Source of the DNA: a virus
Taxonomy: Duplodnaviria > Caudoviricetes
Length of the DNA: 24,397 nt
Direction: 5' to 3' (one strand)
IMG/VR virus record: IMGVR_UViG_3300005805_000477
Location: 1 to 24,397 of that record
Notes under the pieces: model-generated
What the model was told of the DNA's origin: nothing
Database searches by the model: none
What the model saw: only the letters and a program-made list of their open reading frames with translations
Program-made: the position numbers and the translations under genes
Shown here: one piece after another, positions 1-7,329 of the stretch
Layout of the letters: each line of letters starts with the position of its first letter
Position numbering within the stretch: position 1 is the stretch's first letter

Positions 1-48
1 ACCCACGGACACACCAAAGGCTACCGTGCGACCAAACGCCCTACCTAA
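1..48 (+). CDS. 3' end of an upstream ORF (partial)
   Basis: Frame 1 is open from base 1 (THGHTKGYRATKRPT) to TAA at 46-48, which overlaps the CTAAATA box. Too short to assign. Confidence 0.35.
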   Translation, partial: THGHTKGYRATKRPT

Positions 49-51
49 ATA
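45..51 (+). promoter_or_regulatory. T4-type late promoter (CTAAATA)
   Basis: CTAAATA 5 nt before the gp3 ATG. Resembles the T4 gp55 late box TATAAATA and recurs before other genes in the window. Confidence 0.75.
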
Positions 52-56
52 TACCT

Positions 57-632
57 ATGAGCAATCTCTCACTTCCCGCCGACACATTCAATATTTTTCC
101 GCTTGACCCGACCAATCATGTCATGCAGTTTTCACGACTGCCCATGACAACATTTGTGGTGCAGGAAGTAAGTCTGCCCGGTGTGACTGCACGGCCCTCA
201 ACCGTCAATGGGCCCGGCATGATGATACATCACCTCGCAGACAAACTCGTGTATGAACCGCTGACGGTCACGTTTATGATGGACGAAGAACTGCGAGCCT
301 GGCGCGAACTCTATGCGTGGTTACTGGGAGCGACGGGTGGATATGACCGCAGCGTTATTGTGGCCGAATTTATCGACGAACAGATCAATTATGTCTGGCC
401 AGAAAAAGCCCAATATCGTCAGGATATGGCCGCTCGCACGACTGCCGCGCTCACGATTATCAACCCCGCCAAAATTCCGATGTTGCGGGTCGTGTTCAAC
501 AATCTCTATATTACAGGGCTGAGTGCGTTGTCGTTCTCGACCAAAGAAACCGATACGATTTCGAGCACGATGAGTTGCACCGCCACGTTTGAGTATGATT
601 GGTATTCGGTCGTGGAATATCGGCGCGCGTAG
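57..632 (+). CDS. gp3: T4 gp3-like tail tube terminator / tail completion protein
   Basis: Motifs FVVQEVSLPG, DKLVYEPLTVTFMMDE, WRELYAW and ATFEYDWY are typical of the gp3/gp19 tube fold. Sits just upstream of uvsY as in cyanomyoviruses. Confidence 0.8.
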   Translation: MSNLSLPADTFNIFPLDPTNHVMQFSRLPMTTFVVQEVSLPGVTARPSTVNGPGMMIHHLADKLVYEPLTVTFMMDEELRAWRELYAWLLGATGGYDRSVIVAEFIDEQINYVWPEKAQYRQDMAARTTAALTIINPAKIPMLRVVFNNLYITGLSALSFSTKETDTISSTMSCTATFEYDWYSVVEYRRA

Positions 633-643
633 TGTGGTATACT
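633..643 (+). promoter_or_regulatory. Extended -10 sigma70-type promoter (TGTGGTATACT)
   Basis: TGnTATACT 7 nt before the uvsY ATG, no Shine-Dalgarno. Same motif at 1868, 6480, 12321, 15241, 21505 and 22695. Confidence 0.75.
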
Positions 644-650
644 AGCATCC

Positions 651-1088
651 ATGACTCTGGATGCACTGCATACCACATGGGCCGCCGATGCCCAACTCGA
701 CTTTTCGCGACCTGATGCCGAACTGCGCAACATTCCACTGCTCCATTCCAAGTATTGGCAAATATATACGTCGGAGCGGCAGCGTTGGGTTCTCGTCAAA
801 CAGGAGTACGACGCCCTGAAACGCGCCAAGACCGACTGGTTGTTGGGTCGGCTGTCGGATGAGGAAATTAAAGAGCGCGGCTGGGCCCCGCAGCAGTTAC
901 ACATTCTACGGCAGGATGTCGAGTCGTACTTGTCGGCAGATGCGGAGTTGTCCATGTTGTCGGGAAAACTCGAAAACCAAAAAACAAAACTGGATTTTCT
1001 CGAAGACATTGTGAAAAATATAAATGCCAGAAATTTTATCCTCAAAAATTACATCGAGTATCTCAAGTTCTCGCAGGGGTCACTGTAG
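651..1088 (+). CDS. uvsY: UvsY recombination mediator protein
   Basis: 145 aa with WAADAQLD, IPLLHSKY, YLSADAEL, INARNFILKNYIEYLKFSQG; synteny between gp3 and uvsW. Confidence 0.9.
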   Translation: MTLDALHTTWAADAQLDFSRPDAELRNIPLLHSKYWQIYTSERQRWVLVKQEYDALKRAKTDWLLGRLSDEEIKERGWAPQQLHILRQDVESYLSADAELSMLSGKLENQKTKLDFLEDIVKNINARNFILKNYIEYLKFSQGSL

Positions 1089-1100
1089 CAGCAGGGAATA

Positions 1101-1209
1101 CTAAATAATAGTAGAACGGGCAAGCATGAGGTGGAACTCACACTTGCCCTAAACGCTAACAACCTTCTAAGGAGGCCGTTATGTCTGCTATTATTTATCT
1201 CCTCACCAA
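1101..1209 (+). repeat. Direct repeat copy 1: late promoter, structured 80-nt leader and first codons of GIY-YIG gene 1
   Basis: Near-identical to 3228-3336. CTAAATA 1101-1107; hairpin GGGCAAG..CTTGCCC 1118-1149; hairpin TAAC-CCTTC / GGAGG-GTTA 1157-1181 covering the RBS. Confidence 0.9.
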
Positions 1210-1480
1210 CACCATCAACGGAAAACAATACGTCGGCCAGACCAGCCGTGGGCTGGATGTGCGGTGGTATTATCATTGTTACGATGCCAATAATGGCGGT
1301 ACTCGTCATCTTTGTAGAGCCATCCGTAAATACGGCGCCGATGCCTTTACTCGCGAGATACTCGAACATACGACCATCGAGGATGTGAATGAACGTGAAA
1401 CCTATTGGATCGCGGAACTAAAGACACAGGAGCATGGCTACAATATGACGGAGGGTGGTGGTGGTGTGAGAGGATGGGTG

Positions 1481-1815
1481 GCGAGTGAAGAGGCACGGGC
1501 GAAAATGAGTGCGGTGCGTTCGGGAGAGAACCATCCGTTGTATGGCAAGACCCACTCAGCCGAAGCCCGAGCGAAGATGAGTGCGGCCAAGATGGGTGAG
1601 AAGTCTCCGTGGTATGGTAAGAAACTCTCAGCCGAAACCCGAGCGAAGATAAGTGCGGCCAAGGCGGGCAAGACCTTCTCGACCGAACATCGAGCGAAAC
1701 TGAGTGCGGCCAAGGCGGGCACGACCCACTCAGCCGAAACCCGAGCGAAGATGAGTGCGGTCAAGGCGGGCAAAACCTTCTCGGCCGAACATCGAGCGAA
1801 ACTGAGTGCGGCTCA
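1481..1815 (+). repeat. Coding tandem repeat (NUMOD3-type, 51/72-nt units)
   Basis: Recurrent tcagccgaaacccgagcgaagatgagtgcggc-like units; 6 units of 17 or 24 aa. Confidence 0.85.
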
Positions 1816-1867
1816 AAAACTCCGTGCGCGTCTAAAACGTATCCAAGCCCCACTTGCGACAATAGAA

Positions 1868-1878
1868 TGTGATATACT
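1868..1878 (+). promoter_or_regulatory. Extended -10 promoter (TGTGATATACT) inside the last codons of GIY-YIG gene 1
   Basis: 6 nt before ATG 1885; TGATG stop/start overlap. Confidence 0.7.
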
Positions 1879-1884
1879 CGTCTG

Positions 1885-3222
1885 ATGCATAATCTGGATG
1901 TGAAACCGCTTGGTATGCCTCGGAAGATGACCCGTATCCTTGTCTATCCGAATATTACGTTTGCGAAAGACATTACCAAAGATTCGTTTGTCCAGTATTT
2001 GTCTACCGTTATCGGACAACTGAATCGTATCCGCGATGACCTGTTCTTCACCATCTGGATGCCAGAACCTGTCGCCTCTCTGGATTTTCCAAATACCAAA
2101 CAAGTGCTCTGGCCGCTCCCTACACACGCACCCGCGATGCGCGTCCACTTTGATGTCGAAGCGGCGAAGAAACGGCTCTCACATCACGAAGATATCGATC
2201 TGGTCTGGTCGCATCTCCCCGAAGCCACCCACGCCCTCTATGCGACCATGATGAATCTCACGCACCATCGCCCCAAGTTTTTCGGCTATGCGCATTGGTT
2301 CGATGTGGCGCAGACCGCGACATGGGATGGTGCGAGTTTTCGGGAGAACATCAGCGGCATTCTCCACATGGATCGCTGCTATCTCAATACCGACGCACAA
2401 AAACGATTGGTCATAGCCGAAGCGACGGACACGTTCAGTGCTGCGGTGTGTGCGCGGCTCGACCAGACGCTCGTCGCTCAAGCCCTCGGTGTACCGTCTG
2501 AGTTGATTGTGGACGCCCCCACCCACGAGACCGCAAAGGTCATCGTCTATAACCACCGTCCAGACCCCTACAAGGACTTCCCCGCGTTTCTCAAAGCGAT
2601 GCGAGACCTGCGCACACAGCGTCAGGATTTTACCGTGTGGATTCCGCTGCTCGATACGGCACCAGAGCCGTGGATTGTGACGGACAAGGCGGATAAAGCA
2701 ACGTATTATCAACGGTTGCGAGAATGTCGCGTGGCCGTCGCACCCAAGCAAACCTATGCGGGGTGGTCGCTCTCGGCTACTGATGCCATGATGAACGGGT
2801 GTCCGGTGATTTTTTATGATGCCGACTACTACAAGGAGTTGCATCCGACGGCGGACACATTCACGCACTGGAGTGATGCAAACGTCCTGCTTCATCGCTA
2901 CTTGGATGATGAGACCTACCGTAACACGCGGGCGACAGAAGCGATTACTCAGGCGAGAAATCTTTCGACCGAGCAGCGCGTCGCAGAAATGAGTACGTAT
3001 ATTACGAATCTGATCACGACACTGCCGAGCCGGGATTCGGCGACCGTGCATCAGTTGGTGCACCTCATTCGTGCGAACGGTGCGATGACCAAGTCGGAGA
3101 TAATGAAAACGTTGTCATGGGGTCGCGGCATTTCGTGGACGCCATACCGGCGTGCCTTGTTGCAGCATCCGAATATTTTCGATACGGTGGGGGCAGACAG
3201 CATCTATCAGTGGGTAGACTGA
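1885..3222 (+). CDS. GT-B fold (GT4-like) glycosyltransferase with a possible C-terminal winged-helix domain
   Basis: RILVYP N-terminal strand, DLVWSHLPE, IVYNHR...YKDF, and GWSLSATDAMMNGCPVI matching the GT4 nucleotide-sugar-binding signature position. Confidence 0.75.
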   Translation: MHNLDVKPLGMPRKMTRILVYPNITFAKDITKDSFVQYLSTVIGQLNRIRDDLFFTIWMPEPVASLDFPNTKQVLWPLPTHAPAMRVHFDVEAAKKRLSHHEDIDLVWSHLPEATHALYATMMNLTHHRPKFFGYAHWFDVAQTATWDGASFRENISGILHMDRCYLNTDAQKRLVIAEATDTFSAAVCARLDQTLVAQALGVPSELIVDAPTHETAKVIVYNHRPDPYKDFPAFLKAMRDLRTQRQDFTVWIPLLDTAPEPWIVTDKADKATYYQRLRECRVAVAPKQTYAGWSLSATDAMMNGCPVIFYDADYYKELHPTADTFTHWSDANVLLHRYLDDETYRNTRATEAITQARNLSTEQRVAEMSTYITNLITTLPSRDSATVHQLVHLIRANGAMTKSEIMKTLSWGRGISWTPYRRALLQHPNIFDTVGADSIYQWVD

Positions 3223-3227
3223 AAATG

Positions 3228-3336
3228 CTAAATAATAGTAGAGCGGGCAAGCATGAGGCTGAAACTCACACTTGCCCTAAACGCTAACAACCTTCGTGGA
3301 GGCCGTTATGTCTGCTATTATTTATCTCCTCACCAA
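3228..3336 (+). repeat. Direct repeat copy 2: late promoter, structured leader and first codons of GIY-YIG gene 2
   Basis: Matches 1101-1209 except one A/G change and the two hairpin loops. Confidence 0.9.
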
Positions 3337-4198
3337 TACCGTCAACGGAAAACAATATGTGGGACAGACCAGTTATGGGCTGGAAAAGCGGTGGCGCGAG
3401 CATTGCCAGGATGCTCGACGTGGGTTCCCGCGATACCTGTATAACGCCATCCGTAAATACGGCCCTGATGCGTTTACTTACGAGATATTGGAGCACACGA
3501 CCATCGAGGATGTGAATGCTCGTGAAACCTATTGGATATCGGAACTGAAGACATTGGAGCACGGCTACAATATGACGGAGGGCGGGGGAGGCGTGAGAGG
3601 ATGGGTGCCGAGTGAAGATACACGCGCGAAGATGAGCGCGGCCAAGACTGGCAAGACCTTCTCGGCCGAGACCCGAGCGAAGTTGCGTGCGGCCTTGACT
3701 GGCAAGACCCACTCCGCAGAGACACGAGCGAAGATGAGTGCGGCTCGGTCGGGAGAGAACAATCCGAACTATGGCAAGACCCACTCAGCCGAAACCCGAG
3801 CGAAACTGAGCGCGGCGAATATTGGCAAGAAACTCTCAGCCAAAACCCGAGCGAAGATGCGTGCGGCCCTGTCGGGAGAGAACAATCCGTTCTATGGCAA
3901 GACCCACTCAGCCGAAACCCGAGCGAAGTTGCGTGCGGCCCTGTCGGGAGAGAACCATCCGAACTATGGCAAGACCCACTCAGCCGAAACCCGAGCGAAG
4001 ATGCGTGCGGCCCAGACTGGCAAGACCTTCTCAGCCGAGACCCGAGCGAAGTTGCGTGCGGCCAAGTCGGGAGAGAACAATCCGTTCTATGGCAAGAAAC
4101 TCTCCCCCGAATCCATCGCCAAACGCACCGCCACTCGCAAACTCCGTGCTCGTATGAAACGCATTGTTGCCCCCGAGGCCAGCATCTATGTCTGCTGA
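3308..4198 (+). mobile_element. Free-standing GIY-YIG homing endonuclease with NUMOD3 repeats, copy 2
   Basis: ATG 3308 after GGAGG. 81 of the first 100 aa are identical to copy 1 (counted by eye); 9 repeat units; overlaps the uvsW start. Confidence 0.9.
3608..4140 (+). repeat. Coding tandem repeat (NUMOD3-type)
   Basis: Units SAETRAK(L/M)(R/S)AA..GK(T/K)(H/F/L), with or without a GEN(N/H)P(N/F)Y insert. Confidence 0.85.
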
Positions 4199-5528
4199 CA
4201 TTACTATCGCCCCGCTGAATCATTCGAGAACCTACGTCTTTGCGGATGAAGGTATCACAAAGGAAATCGGCGAACATTTCTCATTCGAAGTGCCCAGTGC
4301 CAAGTTCATGATCGCGTACAAACGTCGGCACTGGGATGGACGCATCAGATTATTTCATAAGCCCACATCCACCCTCCCCACCGGCCTCATTCCGCGATTG
4401 CTCCGCTTTGCGGGGAAGCAGGGCTATAGCGTCCATAACAAGCTCGCCGACTACCGCACCGACTGGTCATCGTTTGATACGGACGCCCTCCTCGCCAAAT
4501 ATCCAGTCGCCCACGACATTCGGGACTACCAGAAAGACGCCATTACGTGGGCGCTGCATCATCAGCGGGGCGTGCTGCTGTCACCCACCGCCAGCGGAAA
4601 ATCCCTCATTCTCTACTATCTCATCCGTCAACGGATGTCGATGGGTCCAGTATTGCTAATCGTGCCGTCCATCTCGCTTGTCTCACAGATGGTGTCGGAT
4701 TTTATTGCATACGGATGGACGGACGCCGACGATTACATTCATAAGATTACGGGTGGGGTTGATAAACATACGACAAAGCCGGTGGTCGTATCAACGTGGC
4801 AATCCATCCATAAGTTGCCAGAATCGTGGTTCTATCGATTTACGGCGGTCTTTGGGGATGAAGCCCATACGTTCAAGGCGGAGAGTTTACAGTCCATTAT
4901 GGCCGCGGTTCCTCACTGCGTGTTCCGTATTGGGTGCACCGGAACGCTTGATGATGCGAAAGCCAATAGTTTGACGGTGGAATCCGCGTTCGGCCCCGCC
5001 CATCGTGTCGCCCGCACCGCTGACCTTCAGACACAGGGACATCTTACACCCATCAAAATCCAAGGCCACTTTCTACAATACGGCAAACACGATAAGTGGA
5101 TGCTCAAAGAACACCATCGAAAGTATACCGAAGAAATGGACTACTTGGTACAGCATCCATCGAGAATGCGGTGGTTAGTCGATTTTTGCTCACAACTGTC
5201 GGGAAACGTCCTCATTTTATATCAGTATGTGGAAAAGCACGGAGTGCCGCTTTATCATGCGCTTCGAGAAAAATTTGGCATTAATCGACCCGTGTATTTC
5301 GTATCAGGAGATGTCGATGGCGACCAGCGAGAACGCGTCAGGGCGCTCCTAGAAGCGTCAGAACACACCATCCTATCCTTCGGTGCGGTCGAGATTCGGT
5401 GCACGCCAGACGAGCGTATACCGCTGACAGACGGGTTCACCAAAGCCGCACACGAAATTACCGTCGAGGATGACGTGGATGACCGCTGGATTACTGCTAA
5501 TAGTAGCGGAAGTGGCATTCCTAAATAA
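4188..5528 (+). CDS. uvsW: UvsW SF2 helicase, N-terminal part (motifs Q to IV) plus a 54-aa non-helicase tail
   Basis: WDGRIRLF, IRDYQ, SPTASGKS (Walker A), DEAH, TGT, VEKHG, VYFVSG. Lacks motifs V-VI. ATG 4188 is preceded by GAGG. Confidence 0.9.
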   Translation: MSADITIAPLNHSRTYVFADEGITKEIGEHFSFEVPSAKFMIAYKRRHWDGRIRLFHKPTSTLPTGLIPRLLRFAGKQGYSVHNKLADYRTDWSSFDTDALLAKYPVAHDIRDYQKDAITWALHHQRGVLLSPTASGKSLILYYLIRQRMSMGPVLLIVPSISLVSQMVSDFIAYGWTDADDYIHKITGGVDKHTTKPVVVSTWQSIHKLPESWFYRFTAVFGDEAHTFKAESLQSIMAAVPHCVFRIGCTGTLDDAKANSLTVESAFGPAHRVARTADLQTQGHLTPIKIQGHFLQYGKHDKWMLKEHHRKYTEEMDYLVQHPSRMRWLVDFCSQLSGNVLILYQYVEKHGVPLYHALREKFGINRPVYFVSGDVDGDQRERVRALLEASEHTILSFGAVEIRCTPDERIPLTDGFTKAAHEITVEDDVDDRWITANSSGSGIPK

Positions 5529-5577
5529 CAGTGCGGGGAAATGTATCCCCACAGGACTAACTTTTAGACATAAGGAG
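5521..5577 (+). promoter_or_regulatory. Late promoter, 5' hairpin and RBS of the inserted gene
   Basis: CTAAATA 5521-5527 overlaps the uvsW-N stop; GGGGA/TCCCC hairpin 5535-5550; TAAGGAG 5571-5577. Confidence 0.8.
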
Positions 5578-5584
5578 CCTTCTC

Positions 5585-6406
5585 ATGGCACAAAGAATGT
5601 GGGGAACCGTTGACCGTGCGAACGACAGCCCGATTTGGGCGACGGCGCAGGTCAATAAGACATCGAATAGCGTCAACCAAGCGGCACTGTATAACAACAC
5701 CACGGCGGATGCGTACGTGACGGGTGCGACCATCGGCACCTTCGGCGTCTCACGCGCCGAAATGTCGGATGCCGGTATCGGACAAGTTGCGAGTGTGACG
5801 GTTTCGACCGCAGGGTCGGGCTTCACTGTGCGTCCTACCGTGTCCTTCGCGGGGGGTGGACAGAGCGCGGCGGGTGCGACCGCTACGGCCACGGCCAAGG
5901 TGGTCAGTGCGACCATCACGGACGGCGGCACGAATTATGCACCGGGCGATGTGGTTCAGATTAACACGACGGGCGCAGCGGGTGCGACGGTTGCCGCAAA
6001 GTTCAATGTCGCGACGGTCAATGCGGCGGCGAGTAACACCGTATTAACGCTGACCATCAACACCGCAGGCTCCTTCACCACGCTTCCGACCACGATCGTA
6101 GGAAACGAAACCACAGCGGTCACGGGTGCGGGTACCGGACTGGACGTGACCCTGTCCTTCGGGGTCAACAATGTGACGGTGACGGCGAACGGCACCAACT
6201 ACACATCAGCTCCCACTGTGACGTTCGGTGGCGCCGGTGGTAGTGGTGCGACGGCCACCGCGGCGCTTCGCTCGGAACAGAGCGGCGTGACCTCGGCGGG
6301 TTGGGTGTTGCGGAAGGCGTGGGGTAACCGCGTCACGTATGAGACTATTGTTGCAAGCAAGAACATCAGCGGCGACGGATCAGACGACGCGAAGTTGCCC
6401 GAGTAA
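5585..6406 (+). CDS. Putative virion structural (decoration/fibre-like) protein
   Basis: T/A/G/V-rich beta repeats (V.VT..G.(N/G)(Y/F)T..PTV.F.G.G..GATATA); MWG..D N-terminus and AGWV...R..YETIVA C-terminus, a pattern I recall from T4-like structural proteins; late promoter, strong RBS and terminator. Confidence 0.7.
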   Translation: MAQRMWGTVDRANDSPIWATAQVNKTSNSVNQAALYNNTTADAYVTGATIGTFGVSRAEMSDAGIGQVASVTVSTAGSGFTVRPTVSFAGGGQSAAGATATATAKVVSATITDGGTNYAPGDVVQINTTGAAGATVAAKFNVATVNAAASNTVLTLTINTAGSFTTLPTTIVGNETTAVTGAGTGLDVTLSFGVNNVTVTANGTNYTSAPTVTFGGAGGSGATATAALRSEQSGVTSAGWVLRKAWGNRVTYETIVASKNISGDGSDDAKLPE

Positions 6407-6430
6407 CATATTCGCTCTTCGCGAATCACG

Positions 6431-6463
6431 AAAGGGGAGGCCTGCACGGGTCTCCCCTTTTTT
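6431..6463 (+). terminator. Rho-independent terminator
   Basis: GGGGAGGCCT-GCAC-GGGTCTCCCC stem-loop followed by T6 and preceded by AAA. Confidence 0.9.
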
Positions 6464-6469
6464 ATACCA

Positions 6470-6490
6470 CTAAATATAGTGTGATATACT
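6470..6490 (+). promoter_or_regulatory. Tandem late (CTAAATA) and extended -10 (TGTGATATACT) promoters for the uvsW C-part
   Basis: CTAAATA 6470-6476, TGTGATATACT 6480-6490, ATG at 6501. Confidence 0.8.
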
Positions 6491-6500
6491 ATTCAACATT

Positions 6501-6857
6501 ATGGCGCGACCTACCAGTGTCTCTACATGCTCCGTCAAAAATGCCGTTCTTGTGGCATCCTACGGCACGTTCTCGACGGGAGTGAACGTCAAGCGCCTGC
6601 ATCATATTGTATTTGCATCACCCTCAAAAAGCCGCTATCGCGTGTTGCAGTCCATTGGAAGAGGACTGCGGTTGCATAGCTCGAAAAAAATCGTGTATGT
6701 GCATGATATCGTGGACGATGCACACCAGAAGTCGTATGTAAACTACGCATATAAACATTGGGCACATCGTGCGAAGTTTTATCAGGAAGAACAGTTTCCG
6801 ATGGAACTCTATGCCCATTCACTAGAGGCGCTCCCGCATGGAACACTCGCCCAATAA
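6501..6857 (+). CDS. uvsW: UvsW helicase, C-terminal part (motifs V-VI)
   Basis: NAVLVASYGTFSTGVN, LHHIVFASPSKS, QSIGRGLR, DIVDD, after a 13-aa non-helicase leader. Confidence 0.9.
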   Translation: MARPTSVSTCSVKNAVLVASYGTFSTGVNVKRLHHIVFASPSKSRYRVLQSIGRGLRLHSSKKIVYVHDIVDDAHQKSYVNYAYKHWAHRAKFYQEEQFPMELYAHSLEALPHGTLAQ

Positions 6858-7329
6858 TACCGACCTCGACGCCGTATTCAATGGCATTCCTGTAATTGTT
6901 CGCCTCATTACCGGCGACGACATTATTTGCGTATTATATCAACGAACGAATGATGCTGATGACCCCCGCATGTTTATGGAGCGACCACTGCGTCTTCTCG
7001 TGGCCGAAATAGGGATCGAACCCGCGGCCGAGACCACCATAGGAAAAACGAATACGCTGTATTCTAAAGTTCGCACGCGGTTCGACCGTTGGATTCCAAT
7101 GACCGATGCCACTATGTTTCCTGTTTTTCCCGACCACATCGTCTCCATTGCTCCGATTGCCGATCAATATGTGCATCCGTATATGGAGTGGGCCGACCAA
7201 CTCTATCAATACCCCGAGGAGTTGGTATCGCCTCAACTCGAAAAACAGGCCCCAAGCACAGACGAGCTTCGAAAAACATATATTGATTTTTTGCTCCACA
7301 ATTTTAATCCCAAAGGAAAACCCAATTAA
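6838..7329 (+). CDS. Conserved T4-like hypothetical protein (Sm-like pattern) between uvsW and gp55
   Basis: IVRLITGDDIIC, RWIPMTD; overlaps both neighbours; position typical of cyanomyovirus gene order. Confidence 0.7.
   Translation: MEHSPNNTDLDAVFNGIPVIVRLITGDDIICVLYQRTNDADDPRMFMERPLRLLVAEIGIEPAAETTIGKTNTLYSKVRTRFDRWIPMTDATMFPVFPDHIVSIAPIADQYVHPYMEWADQLYQYPEELVSPQLEKQAPSTDELRKTYIDFLLHNFNPKGKPN

Larger units (their letters stand above)
1181..1885 (+). mobile_element. Free-standing GIY-YIG homing endonuclease with NUMOD3 repeats (Seg-like), copy 1
   Basis: IIYLLTN...KQYVGQT, catalytic-type R28, E73 (RETYWI), GYN, followed by 6 S.E.RAK(M/I/L)SA units. GGAGG RBS. Confidence 0.9.

Noticed and set aside
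1-48. Third homing endonuclease ending in HTKGY (NUMOD1-like tail)
   Set aside because: Only 15 codons are visible, which is too little to support a call.
2179-3063. Long antisense ORFs (also 3474-4277, 9658-10458, 19103-19693)
   Set aside because: Shadows of well-supported genes in GC-rich or repetitive coding DNA; no motifs or promoters.
3608-4140. CRISPR-like array or DGR template/variable repeat in the NUMOD3 regions
   Set aside because: The repeats are in-frame coding units without unique spacers; differences between paralogues are not adenine-specific and no reverse transcriptase is present.
5359-6534. Group I intron removing the uvsW insert (a U|...G junction would give in-frame EAFKNAVL)
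   Set aside because: No P/Q/R/S core recognised, a strong terminator lies inside, and the C-half has its own promoters and start codon. The in-frame junction is probably chance; RT-PCR would settle it.
5364-6539. Canonical split intein or gene-60-style ribosomal bypass
   Set aside because: No block-A nucleophile at the junction, no HN-C/S/T end, and the block-B His is missing. A 1.2-kb gap containing a gene and a terminator is incompatible with bypassing.
4188-6857. uvsW pseudogene
   Set aside because: Both halves keep all motifs without frameshifts, no helicase residues appear lost at the break, and dedicated expression signals exist.
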